A stretch of DNA of 63,905 bases, the filler included, from Octopus bimaculoides (Eukaryota): assembly GCF_001194135.2 (NCBI RefSeq). It is 7 parts of 7 records of this genome, joined end to end, with 100 filler letters (N's around TTAATTAATTAA, not from the genome) between each part and the next. Parts side by side here need not be neighbours in the genome. Positions count along the whole stretch, not along the records: positions 1 to 18,090 come from NC_068997.1; 6 more parts are not named here. One strand, given 5' to 3'. The position numbers and the translations under genes are program-made. The notes under the pieces were generated by a model. It was not told where the DNA came from, did no database searches, and saw only the letters and a list, made by a program, of their open reading frames with translations. Positions 1-12,076 of this stretch are shown here, one piece after another; the stretch's first letter is position 1, and each line of letters begins with the position of its first letter.

Positions 1-899
1 AAATGATTAATACATATCATAAAATATAAAATATTATAAAATATAGGATACTCCATCTCCTCAGGGTCCCATTATTATTGCTATCATCACCATCATTATT
101 ATTAGCAATACACATCCCCCAAAAAGAGAAACCATTCAAATCTAATTTGCATAGTTGACCCATGAAAATATACAAAACAGGATGAAAAAATAATAGATGG
201 CACACAACTTTCCATCTTTCTGACGATTAGCTATATTTTTGAATAGAATTTATTTTCGATAATTTCAATTGATTTTAATCGATTTAAATTTCCTTTCTAT
301 TTGAAAATTAGTTATGAAACACGTGTAATCTTTTTATTATATTTATCTTATGATATTTACTTTACTTTATATTATACTCATTTATTGTGCTTTTAATTAT
401 TAATTTTTCTATATGTGATAGTGGATTTTCATCGATGAGTTCTTGAAACTTGGTTATTTTACGAACGCCCGCGCGCGAAGCACCTGGACGAAGAGAAAAC
501 TCGCGCGCGCGCGAACGTCGACGTTCGGTGAGTCGGGATGTTCGCCACGATCAAGCCCAGCCGGAGCACGCAACGAAGACAACAGGCAAAAGAGGAGGAA
601 GAAACAACACGGAGACCATACGTTGCGTAGCGGAACTAACTTTTTTTCTTTTTACATGATCAACAAAACATTACATCATCAATACATTGCATAACAATTC
701 AAATAACATTTAGCAAAGGTTTCAGAACATTACATGAGCAAAAGTTTACAATCAAGAGTTCATATCAAGTCGAATTAAAAGTTCTTTCATTTCGTTGTTT
801 TTCTTTTTCCTTAACAACATGTCACAAAGTTCTTTCTTTTCGTTTCCACCCGTCAACATCACAGTTAACGAAATCTCTTTTTCTCTATACATCATAACA

Positions 900-1506
900 T
901 GTAACGACAAGTACACTTTTAAAGGATATTTAAGCAAACCTTTACCGCACGAATTTCCTTTCTTTCAAAACTCCTACTATAATCCAAGAAGTAGTGACCA
1001 ACTGACTACTACGATCTTTTGGCTGCCACACAGTTCCATCTCTCTCTGTCCCTCTCTCTCATTGCTTCAGTCCCTATTGGTTGACTGGTTCCTTTCTGAC
1101 CATAGGCTCTCTCTTTCTCAGCCTCTGTCTGTCAGTCTCTCTGTTCATCTTCACTGGCTCTACTGGCCTTCACATCAACTGCGGTACATCTTCACTGGCT
1201 GACGTTCTTCATCCAACTACTAGACATATTCACTGGCTAACCGCCTGTCCCCAACTGCTTGATTCCAACTCCGTACGCCAACTGCCTTTGCCAACTCGAC
1301 TCGCGCCAATCCCTGTTCTCGTATTTATCACAAATACCGCAACTCAATAGTGCTACCTTACTCCCTCCCAAAGCTGGGTCAGTTTAGTACAGTTCCTTAA
1401 CTTGTTTTTCTGAACTTTCGCTGACCGGAAAGGGTCAGCGATCACTCCTACGCTAAAAATAGCTGTACTTGTTCACAGGACAAAGGAAATACCATTGTCC
1501 CCAACA
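900..1506. mobile_element. Possible solo LTR
   Basis: Starts TGTAACGACAA and ends TTGTCCCCAACA (TG..CA, imperfect terminal IR); internal short repeats (TTCACTGGCT x3, CCAACT) and a 9-bp hairpin near 1419-1441. No TSD, PBS or PPT found. Confidence 0.3.
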
Positions 1507-1927
1507 ACCAGAATACGGTTTCAAACCCAGCTCGGGAGATAGGGATATAACATTAATTTGTTTTTTGGTCGTCGCATCAATATATATATATGTATATATA
1601 TATATATATCCCTTTGTTAATGCGACTGTGTTACCTTTACACCAGCGAATTAGCCTCTCTGTTTCTGTCAGATTTAAGTATTATATTAGTTCGCATTTGT
1701 TTATGTGAACAAACTTTCTATATGCTTTCGGTGTGAATGGTTAACAAAGGTATGTGAGTTCAAGTCCCACGCGGATAAGAAAGCCTTCCTTTTTCTGTCA
1801 AGGGCTTATATGCCCCGTTATTAGTCTATTTTCCTTATTGCACGGTGATCGCCGTAATGCCATTATTATTATTTACAATATTGTAAAATACGGCGCCGTA
1901 TAACAAAACCATTCGCACCGAAATATA

Positions 1928-2303
1928 TCATCTTCCAGGAACATTCTTCCGCTCTTGAAGCACCTGTGTCACTGGAAACATTGCGTACGACCCATTGCCT
2001 TGTCACCGTAAGCTTGCTGAAGCATGCTCAATGTTTCTGTAGCATACTTCTCAAGTTTAAGGTAAAATTTCACGTTGGCTCTTTGTTCCAATTTCCTGTC
2101 CATGACAAAGCATACACGTGATTACAAAAACACAAATTTCATTACTTGCAGAGTAATTTAATAACTTGCAGAGTAAACAGAGTGATGTCACTCGGTACAC
2201 TACCTTATAAAGGTCATTGTTAGCTCTCACTGCGCACGCAACCGTGTGTTCCATCTGTTGGCGTTTGAGAAATAGTCTGGGAACGTTTTGATACCACCTC
2301 GTA
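1928..2303 (-). mobile_element. Mariner transposon, 5' fragment (TIR + transposase N-terminus)
   Basis: Minus strand starts TA-CGAGGTGGTATCAAAACG (mariner-type TIR). From ATG 2103 it reads MDRKLEQRANVKFYLKLEKYATETLSMLQQAYGDKAMGRTQCFQ*HRCFKSGRMFLEDD, the mariner HTH region. Confidence 0.8.
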
Positions 2304-2324
2304 TGCGCGCGTGTGTGTGTGTGT

Positions 2325-2521
2325 GTATTCCCCATCACCGCTTGACAACCGTTGTTGGTGTGTTTACGTCCCCATAACTTAGCGGTTCAACAAAAGAAAT
2401 TGATAGAATAAGTACAAGGCTTAACAAAAAATAAGTACTGAATTAGTTTCGTTTGACTAAAATTCTTCAAATCAGTGCCCCAGCATGGCTGCAGTTTAAC
2501 GACTGAAAGAAATAAAAGATA
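2325..2521 (+). mobile_element. SINE family A, 3' half
   Basis: Matches the 3' half of full copies at 56183-56556 and 62880-63235 (CGCTTGACAACC..GTGTTTACGTCCCC..TAAGTAC..CAGCATGGC.GCAG..ACTGAAA). Confidence 0.7.
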
Positions 2522-2669
2522 AACAGTAAAACTTAACAAATAGAAAGTTTCTAAAAATTGGTGATATTTCTATAAGTTTCCAGACATTTCTCGATCCAAC
2601 TATGTGGTAGGCTGTCAAAAGTTTTTTCATAGTTCATCCAATCTATTGATAAGTTGTTGTTGCTGTTGT

Positions 2670-3449
2670 GGCGATCTTCCAAAATGATCTTATTGATGAG
2701 ACGTTGAATCAGGTTCGTTCTTATTCCTGCTACAATCTATGTGGGAGCGAGTTACTACCTCTAACCTTAGGTACCCACAAGCTTTCAATTGTCTTTCAAG
2801 TACTTACAAATCTCTTGATAATCTTTCCGGCCCTAAGAGGCAAACTTTCTGTAGAAGCTCTACAGGACATTCTGTTCCAATCTTCTTGTCTATATCTTTA
2901 CTTAGTTCCCAATACACCAATTATTACAGTGCAATTTCAAATATTAAGGGATTGTATTGTTTTATTTGTTTCTTTTTCATCCTCTTTCTTTACAATCTTG
3001 GAATCAAACGGACATGATGGATCAATTCGTAAGCAATTTCGCTTTTCCTTGTCTATTATTGTTATGTCTGCTCTATTATTTTCTAGCTTCTTATCTGTTT
3101 GAATAGGAAAATCCCATAATTTTTTGCTTTCCTCCGATTCCACCTCTTTTTCGATCCGATGATCATACCATGAGTCTCCAGCTTCAGATTCCCATTTCTG
3201 ACAAAGTTTCCAGTGTAAACTTTCACAACTTGAAAAGTTTTACTTCGTTATTTTCTGAGACCTTTTCTGGGATATGCCTATACCATCTTTTTCTATTGTC
3301 ATTCGATAGTGTTGACATAGCTTCCAGTGCATATAGGTCCCTACTCTGTAAATGCCTGTGGATATATTCCTCCTTAGCCAAGATTGAGCAGCCAGAAACA
3401 ATATGATTGTTTCTGCCACATCACCACATATTCTGCATTTACTTATTGT
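2670..3449 (-). mobile_element. Dong/R4-like non-LTR retrotransposon, 3' fragment (zinc knuckle + restriction-like endonuclease)
   Basis: Across frameshifts: CRICGDVAETI, MHWKLCQHY, LWDFPIQTDKKLENNRADITIIDKEKRNCL.IDPSCPFD..IVKKEDEK, LLQKVCLLG. Ends in a degenerate (CAA)n tract. Confidence 0.8.
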
Positions 3450-4420
3450 CTTCTTCTTCTTCTTCTTCTTCTTCTTCTTCTTTATTGTTTTTATTATTGT
3501 TATGATAATATTTTGTTTTATAAAAAAGGTCATAATGTCTCGCATGTGTTTCTGCGACATGTTTATTATCTTGGTGGTTCATCTGCTATCAACAGTTGCT
3601 GCGTGCTAGACTGGGCATGCCATGATTGATGATGTATAAACATGTGCTGCGGCTACGACATCTCCACAGTTTCTTGACAGTGAACAAGTGTAGTCGCCGT
3701 TCGCCTGACGCGTGTTTCACCAGCTTCTCTCCTCGGCGGAGCTACAATCTGTGTCAAGTAGAGAGAGAGAGAGAGAGAGAGANNNNNNNNNNNNNNNNNN
3801 NNNNNNNNNNNNNNNNNNNNNNNNNNNNNNNNNNNNNNNNNNNNNNNNNNNNNNNNNNNNNNNNNNNNNNNNNNNNNNNNNNNNNNNNNNNNNNNNNNNN
3901 NNNNNNNNNNNNNNNNNNNNNNNNNNNNNNNNNNNNNNNNNNNNNNNNNNNNNNNNNNNNNNNNNNNNNNNNNNNNNNNNNNNNNNNNNNNNNNNNNNNN
4001 NNNNNNNNNNNNNNNNNNNNNNNNNNNNNNNNNNNNNNNNNNNNNNNNNNNNNNNNNNNNNNNNNNNNNNNNNNNNNNNNNNNNNNNNNNNNNNNNNNNN
4101 NNNNNNNNNNNNNNNNNNNNNNNNNNNNNNNNNNNNNNNNNNNNNNNNNNNNNNNNNNNNNNNNNNNNNNNNNNNNNNNNNNNNNNNNNNNNNNNNNNNN
4201 NNNNNNNNNNNNNNNNNNNNNNNNNNNNNNNNNNNNNNNNNNNNNNNNNNNNNNNNNNNNNNNNNNNNNNNNNNNNNNNNNNNNNNNNNNNNNNNNNNNN
4301 NNNNNNNNNNNNNNNNNNNNNNNNNNNNNNNNNNNNNNNNNNNNNNNNNNNNNNNNNNNNNNNNNNNNNNNNNNNNNNNNNNNNNNNNNNNNNNNNNNNN
4401 NNNNNNNNNNNNNNNNNNNN

Positions 4421-4465
<45 letters not shown>

Positions 4466-4554
4466 AATATTTTGTCCTATGCCAGTCTTAAAGCTTTTAT
4501 TAATGTAAACCCTTTGTGGTTAATATAGAAATCATCATCAGAATCATTATCATT

Positions 4555-4725
4555 ATTAAAGCACCTAGCTAGCAGATTCGTTAGTATGCCGGACCAAATT
4601 CTTAGCGGCATTTCGCTCGTTTTTACTTTCCGAGTTCGACTTTGACTTTTATTCTTTCGTGGTCGATAAGATAAGTACTAGTCACGTACTGGACTCGATG
4701 ATATCTAGAATAGCCCCCTTCCCTC
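4555..4725 (+). mobile_element. SINE family B, degenerate copy
   Basis: AGCTAGCAGATTCGTTAGTATGCCGG..CTTAGCGGCATTTCG..GAGTTCGAC..GTCGATAAG.TAAGTAC; resembles copies at 30524, 49165 and 54218. Confidence 0.5.
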
Positions 4726-6527
4726 AAATTTCAAGCCTGTTGCATTTAGAACATGAAGAATTTTTTTCTGAATGAGCGTAAATGTTGCAGTGGTAATATT
4801 GTCACTTCAAATCGTAGTATGTAATTTTGATAATTTATACGCCACTTTCAAAAAGACAAACCTTTCGTAGGAAGGAATCTTATATTAATCACTTAGCAGT
4901 TGTCTGCAATTCAAACAGCAAGTTAAAATTTGACAGCAAGTATGCGCTGACAGCAAATTTGCATCCGAAAATAGCATGACGTTTAACAATAAATTTGACT
5001 ATGACAAACAAAAACAAAACATTTAGCATTAAATATGCAGCTAACGGTGAATATTGCTTAATGTGTGTTGTTACTTCCCACCTGCAGCGACAACTGGAAT
5101 CCAACAACATTACTGTGGAAATTGATTCTTCGCTTCTAAATTGATTTCCTGGTTTACAGTTGATATTTACAAACTAGATGGGTTGGAATTCTCCACCAAA
5201 TTTCCTTGTTTGCATGTAATTGAAATATTTCTGTGGTGAACAATCATAGGGATCGAATTTCTGTAGCATAAAATATCTGTAGCTTGTTTTTTTTCTCTCT
5301 CTCTCACATTTCTCCTTAATACTATCATTGATTTTTTAGCTATGTAACGTTGTTGACGATTTCAGCAAGTGTACTTTCGTGTTGCACGCACACTCGCTCA
5401 CATCAATTAAACTGACGGTTAAAAAAGCATTCGTAGCAAGCGTTTCGCTCAATAAATTTTGATAGAAGAGTTAAACATTACTATTATTTATTAGTACATA
5501 GGTCTGATATATCAAGAATCATAGTTTGCATTTCTGTGTTTTATTGATGAAGCTAATCAAAAAACATCTGTTGTGAATTTTCATTAGAACAAGCCATCAA
5601 AGAGTAAAAACAATTAAAACAATATATCTTTTTTAAATCGGTCGTAAAGGTCATTTACATGACTACAAAGATGTTGCCACGGAGAATGGTCAGCGACACT
5701 TGCTGTAGCTGCCACCCCACCTCGTGGGGCTCATTTCTGAGACGGGCCGCAGTTATCCCGATATTGTGAAGGAAATCGGCAGTGCGGGGTCCGATCAATC
5801 CTCAGGTAATAACGGCGACTGGCACAAACTGATAGCGGTCGTTTAAACTTCTGTGTTTGTTTATTATATGTTAAAAGACGCGCATTTATAAAGCAATGAA
5901 AAATTACTACGTAAGTACTGCCAATAAATTTATCCCCTCCCCCACGCACTTCGATGCATTTTTAATACATTTAATGTTCGTTACTAAATGCAATATCATC
6001 GTAAATACCGCTATCCTATTTATGTTTATCAAGTAAAGAATTGAACCCATCTCATTCACGTGAGTTACTCTTTTTATGCACACAGAACGAAAGAAGTGTA
6101 TTGTTTGTTTTTAGATAACGTACAGTTACATAATCAGATATTATTACATACAAAATGAAAGTGTTGCGAAGAAAGCCGATATGTAGATATTTAACAGAAA
6201 TTCTATCTAAGTATTACTTATTTTGAAAAGATAAATAGTAAAAGAATATTTACCGTTGTTAAAGGAATGAGCATACCTAAAGAAGTGTGTCCTCCCACCC
6301 GATTTTCATTCCTTAGTGGGAAACACATGTGCAGGTATGCCACGCAATGAAATATTAATTCTCAGCAGAACGCTGGCAAAGCATGCAACAATTGAAAATG
6401 TAAAATTCAAAGCAGACAATTCAAATAAGATGACATATTGCAAAGTAGTTGTTAACAGTACTTGTATTAAAAAACAATGATGAATAAATGGTGAATATTA
6501 CCTAAAAAAAACAAAAGACAATGAAAC

Positions 6528-6643
6528 TGTTGTAAACCAGCGTCGGACTGTTGTAACGTCCACTCCAGTATGGCAGTATAGTCAGTTAGAGAAGTAAGGC
6601 ACGACTGTCTATGACCGAATTCACCGACTTCTTAACGACTTAA
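6528..6643 (-). repeat. 3' LTR of the gypsy element (116 bp)
   Basis: Direct repeat of 10340-10455, 22 mismatches in 116 bp by manual alignment; preceded on the minus strand by a short purine tract (AGGGAG). Confidence 0.88.
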
Positions 6644-9600
6644 CTCCCTACGTCAGAGTTTTTCCATTTTTACTTTCCTTACCAGGTAGCAATTTGTCGA
6701 AGACTGATTTTATTTTCCTCGCGAACATCAGCTCCGCTGGTGACATACCTACTGGTGTGTTTGGATTTGGTGTCACTCGGTATACTCTTAGGAATTGTTG
6801 TATAACTACCTCATCAGCGACTTCCTTATTCAACTTTTTTAGGGATCTCTTGACGTATCAACAAAGCGTTCTGCTTCTCCGTTAGATCTGGGATGGTATG
6901 GCGCAGTAGTTACATGTTCTACAGCAAACGTTGTACAAAACCTTTTAAGCTCAAAAGACACAAATTGCATTCCATTATCAGGCACTATAGTTAAGGAGGG
7001 TGGCTTTTTACACTTACAAATTTCTGGTCATTTAGAGAAACTATCTACTACCACTAAGTAGTATGAACCGTTTAAGGGACCAACGAAATCAATGTGTAGT
7101 CCCGACCAGGAAACATCTACTTTTGGCCAAGGTTCACTTCTTATCGCCGGTAAATTTGCTGCTAGAGCACATTCTCTGAAGCCTTTCACTGAATTTTCAA
7201 TTTCTCTATCCATTTTTGGTCAGTACACGTAGCTATGCATGAAAGCTTTCATCCTCGAAACAGCAAGATATCCAACATGGTATTTCCTCAACATTTTCTT
7301 TTCCAGTGTTTCAGGTATTAGTACTCTCTGTGCATACATCACCACACTATCACAAATTGAGTAAGTGTTCACATCTTGATTTCGTTTCGCACCAGTCCTG
7401 TTCCTATTTACTTTTCCTGACCGTAGGATTCTTTTCATTTCTATCATGAATTTGTCCTTTCCGCATTTCGTTTTGTCTTCTAGGGTTACCAGTAATTCGC
7501 GTACCACATTCCACATTACATTTTTTTATGTTTCTCCTTCTGATCTTAATGCTGCGATTACCATATCTTCGAATGGCTCGCAGTGTTTCGGTATCAGTCT
7601 GGACAAACAGTATGCCCTAGTTTCTTTGACGGTAAATATTCCATTTTGAAATCACAATTCAATAATGAGGCGCTGTATTCTATTAGCTGTGTGTGTTGTT
7701 ATTCCTTTTTTTAGAACTGTATATCTACAGTAATGGACGATGCTCCGTTTGTAGACAGAAACTTCATCCATGACTAAATCTATGGAATTTTTTTACACTG
7801 AATATAATTGCTAACGCTTCCTTTTCTATTTGGCTGTAGTTCCTTTCTGCTGGTAGTAACAATCGTGATGCATGTGCCTTTTAACTCCCATCGTCATATT
7901 TGTGCAGATCACTACGTCTACACCGTAATCACTGGTACCTGTAGCCAATATAATATCCAGCTTAGAATCAAAATGCGTTAACGATAAGTTCAATGTTAAA
8001 ATGTTTTTTTAATTCGTCAAATGCCGTCTGTCACCATTTTGCATATTTTTAAACACATCATATAGCGAGGCCCTTACATTGTGTATATTGGGAATATAAA
8101 TTTGATAGTAGTTTACTAATCCAAAAATGCTTGTAGCATAGTCACATTATTCGACGTGGGCATATCTTTTTATCGCAGTTACTCTGGATAGATCTGTTTT
8201 CCGTTCGTTTTTATCTATTATCTGGCCCAAGGATTTAATTTTTTTCAGAAAGAACTCGCATTTTCCTTCACTTAGCTTAAAGTCGTATACTCTTTTCAAA
8301 TCCCCTTTTTTTACGTTGTTCGTGTGATTCGCTTTTTATTAGGATATCACCTGAATAGACGATAACAAAATCACGACCAGTATTGTATCAATTACTTGTT
8401 GAAATATGGAAGGAGCCACTTTTACACCGAAGAGAAGCCGCTTAAATTTAAATAAGCCACGGCGTGTATTAATGGCTAATAAGTGCTAGCATTCTTCTTC
8501 TACTTGGATTTGCAAGCAAGTATGCTTCCGAGAGGTAAAATTTGAGAAGAATTTCCCTCTATTCATCTTAGCGATGAATGGTTATGTGAGCTTAAGCGAT
8601 CGTTTGAACCCGTTGAAAAATCTGCACAAACTCATAACTTATTATTTTTCTTTTTTTTTACTTAAGCCGTAGGTGTTACCCAATCTGAGTGGTCCGTCCT
8701 CTCGATTATTCCTAGACTTTCAAGTCTTTCAAGTTCCTGATTTACCTGTTCTAGCGCCACGAGCGGTACATTACGCTGTGGTTTAAATACAGGTATTGCA
8801 CTTTGTTTTACTACAATTTTTGCCTTTATTTCCGTGCAACAGCCTAGTTTATCCGAGAGAACATGTAGGAATAAATGTTTTGTTTTTCACTTCAATCCCT
8901 CATCCGCATTCGAACCTTCGACTGAAACGACTATATTCTCACACAAAACACGTATGGACGAATTCCACAATTTGAACAGTTCCATCCAAACTGTGCCGAA
9001 CAGATTTACTGAATCTTTTAAGATATACTTTTGCCGTTTTCATTTGGTTACGAAATGTCACATTACACACAAATTCACCTAAAAAATATAATGTTTTACC
9101 CGTAACACCGTGTGCTACCTTTGTAGATTTACTTAATTTTGGCTTACCAATATACTTCCAAGTTTCTTCAATTACAATGGTAACGTCATTTCCAGTATCT
9201 AACTGCATTTTCACTCTTATATTTTCAATTTTCACATTTACGAATTTTGTCACACTACCATTTTCTTTCGACAACACCTTGTTTAACCTTTTTCTTTGTT
9301 CCAACAGTTTGTCATCTTTGCTTTACAGAGCATTTTTGTGCGTCCAATTTCTCCACACTGAAACATTCCGCTTTCTTAAATGGTTAGTTTTTTCTCAGGT
9401 GTAGACCTCCACATGCAAAACATGGATTTGTTTCCTGACTTTTGTCTTGTTTGGACTGTATTTTAGTATACACTTGAATTTTATTCCGCCTGTTTCGAAC
9501 TTGTTTCACTTTTCTCGCAATCTTTATGTTTTCTCTGTGTCGTGTCTTGGATTTACTATTCTTTCACACGCTTCTGACACTTGTAAGGTTACAACTTCGT

Positions 9601-10327
9601 TTTGTTCCAGCTTAATGAGAATTCTTGTTACTACTTCTGCGTCTTTTTCTGCAATCAGTCTCTGAAGATGTTTGGCGTTAACTCGTCCAGTTTGAACTTT
9701 TTACATCCTCTGTTAATTCTACCAGCATATGTGATGTAGTCCTCCTCGTTGTTCTTTTCTAGGTTCAAACATTTCCAGCATGTATAGAACAACGAGCTTT
9801 TCCTGCTAAAAATTTTACACAACATGTCTATTGTATTTCTAAAGTTTATATCAGAAGGGTTTTTCGGGAGTACGTAATTGCTGTAACGCTCATGTTCTCC
9901 CGCTGCCAATTTTTTTTAGGATTAGACGCATTTTCATATCGTCGTCACAATCTTTGTTCTCTTTGTTGAAGATCTGTTGGTATCTTCTATTGTACGCCTC
10001 GAAAGTAACTCCTTCGCCTTCATACTTAAATTCCATTATTCAGTTTGCAACATAATCTGGTGAGAACATCTTTACAGCTTTTTTGGATGACTTACTATTC
10101 ATTAATTTCAGTATTTGTTGCTGTAATAGTAATTGTTGTTGTTGTTGTTCTTGCAGTCGTTATTGTTGTTGTTGTTGTTCTTGCAGTTGTTGTTACTTTT
10201 GCAACTCGAGCAAACCGGCCAACATTTCTTTCATAATTTTACGATTTTATATACTGTAAAATTCGCACAAAAATCTTTTGTGAGTTTAATACTCGTGTGT
10301 TTGTTAATTCCCCGTGAGTTTGTTAGT

Positions 10328-10339
10328 TCCTCGTCGCCA
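10328..10339 (-). promoter_or_regulatory. Primer-binding site, tRNA-Ser(GCU) type
   Basis: Minus strand TGGCGACGAGGA directly after the 5' LTR; complementary to the ..UCCUCGUCGCCA 3' end of tRNA-Ser(GCU), typical of Mag-clade elements. Confidence 0.8.
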
Positions 10340-10455
10340 TGTTGCAATCCAGCGTCGGACTGTTGTAACGTCCACTTCGGTATAGCAGTATAGTTAGTTA
10401 GACATGTAAGACATATCTACTTATGAACGACTTCGCCGACTTCTCGACGACATCA
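10340..10455 (-). repeat. 5' LTR of the gypsy element (116 bp)
   Basis: TG..CA termini (minus strand TGATGTCG...GCAACA); direct repeat of 6528-6643. Confidence 0.9.
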
Positions 10456-10507
10456 CAGTTTTTGTAACAACTAGCACACACCACTCGTCCCGTGGGAGGG
10501 ATATTCA

Positions 10508-10553
<46 letters not shown>

Positions 10554-10789
10554 CCATAACATAAACATAAACTGTAATATAATTTGCGGAGATATTCGAA
10601 CATGCTATGTTTGCCAAATAGAATTTCAAATGACAGGTAACTTGTGTTGGCTCATGGACATAAACTGTAGTTTGGTCATGAACACTCATCTCCGGCCGGT
10701 GCCACTGAGGTTACTGTATATCATTGTGCATGCTTTACCTTTAGTCCATAAAAATAATGTGTTTTTGAAATTACATCAGGATTCTGTTT

Positions 10790-11600
10790 TTTAAAAGCTC
10801 GTAGAGTAGACCATCTAAACCAGGCGATTTACCCCTCGTGCAGTTAGCTATCGCTTCCGGTATTTCAGCAGTTGTTATCGGCCTCTTGCAACGCTCCGCT
10901 TCCGTCGCCGAGATCGGGGGCAGTCCGTTGAGGTAGGAAGTGAAGTCCGTCTTTGCATTTGTGATTTTGGCAATAGTTGTGCTTGAAGTGCTTGTGATGA
11001 TGGTGGTGATGTAGTGTTTGTTTGCTGTGCTTTTTTCCCTTACAGCCTTTATTTTTCCTTCTCTCCACTGATTGAGTGGATGAGGTGTATTCGTTGTCTT
11101 TTGATTTGTTTTTCTTTTCTCCTTTTAGTTTCTGTTTTCCACTCCACGTTCTCATCAGACTATCTGCATGTTATGTCTGATCGTTCGGAATCGGGAAGTG
11201 ACATGTCATTCATTGGAGTTGAGCGGTGCCTGGTGGAATCCGTCATTGCTATGGTGTTGTAGTAGCTGTTGTTGTTGCTGGATTTTCTGTTATTTCTGTT
11301 GATGTTGTAACTTGTGTTGTTGATGATAATGTTGCTTTTTGAGCTTTGGTGACTGTCGTTGTTGGATTCCCTGGTGCGGTAAAAGAGAGTGACTCTTGGC
11401 CTTCCTTCCTACTCTAACGGATGTGATGGTGCCGCCTCGGAGATGTATCTGATGAGGGATGGCATCCACAATTTTCTGACTGGTTTCGACGAGGTGTTCT
11501 ATCCCCATTCTTGACCATTTCTCTTTTTTGGTCTGGTAGACTTCGTGGATTTTTGTGTTTTCCTCGATGGAAAAAAAAAAACTGGAAATATTCACTACAT
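10790..11600 (-). mobile_element. L1/Tx1-like LINE remnant: ORF1 fragment next to an ORF2 pre-RT fragment
   Basis: 10956-10790 reads AKTDFTSYLNGLPPISATEAERCKRPITTAEIPEAIANCTRGKSPGLDGLLYEL (K.PG.DG motif that precedes RT). 11600-11000 resembles an ORF1 C-terminus (DAIPHQIHLRGG..VGRKAK, Thr-rich tail, WKTETKRRK). Confidence 0.6.
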
Positions 11601-11853
11601 AAAAATCAAATCGAGATGCCTCTCAAAGTTGTTGTTGGTGGTGGTGGGGGAGACAACGCACGGAAAGAAACTCACCAATCAGTACGTAACAACTTGCTTT
11701 TCACGGTAGTGTAAATTACAAAACTGGATACAACAGTTATCTGTGGTTTTATTTACTAAAATCTACGGAGCGAGGTCAAGCGTGGCTCGCCAAGCTGAAA
11801 GTCATAAATAATAATGATGATGATGATGATGATAGACAAGCTGAAGAGCGCAG

Positions 11854-12051
11854 GGACGCTGGTTGCTCTCGTTCATATTTTAGATTTGAATTTCTTTAAT
11901 TTTGAATTTTTATCACTATTTATTTTGAACTCGACAAAGACAGACTTGCTATCGAAATATCGTTCAACCAATAAAATATCTATTGCAACTGCATCGAGCT
12001 CTTCGTCTTGTCTGTTTACCTTCGTGAAAAGTTACGTCAGTCCTTTTAAAA
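11854..12051 (+). repeat. Upstream pseudo-LTR of the PLE
   Basis: About 195-bp direct repeat of 15741-15933; roughly 20 substitutions plus one 4-bp indel by manual alignment. Confidence 0.9.
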
Positions 12052-12076
12052 TATCAAAATCAAGTAGATTGAGAAG

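Larger units (their letters stand above)
6528..10455 (-). mobile_element. Ty3/gypsy LTR retrotransposon, Mag-like, decayed
   Basis: Minus-strand order: gag (EGVTFEAY..RY; double zinc knuckle CFACGGLH / CGEIG near 9430-9320), protease (MQLDTGNDVT), RT (SDWVTP, LSEAYLQ, LFKFKRLLFGVKVAPSIFQ, YSGD), RNase H region, integrase (LHIDFVGPLNGSYYLVVVDSFSK; DNGMQF; APYHPRSNGEAERFVDT; SPAELMF). Flanked by 116-bp LTRs with a PBS. Many stops and frameshifts. Confidence 0.92.

Noticed and set aside
4889-5170. Short minus-strand frame with Cys residues and a hydrophobic stretch (CKPG..YSPLAAYLMLNVLFLFVIV), suggestive of a receptor fragment
   Set aside because: Under 100 codons, bounded by stops, no convincing splice sites or family motif; hydrophobicity is expected from AT-rich DNA.
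6317-6334. 18-nt micro-exon-like segment (TTCATTCCTTAG|TGGGAAACACATGTGCAG|GTATGC)
   Set aside because: No partner exons identified; such matches are expected by chance in 64 kb.
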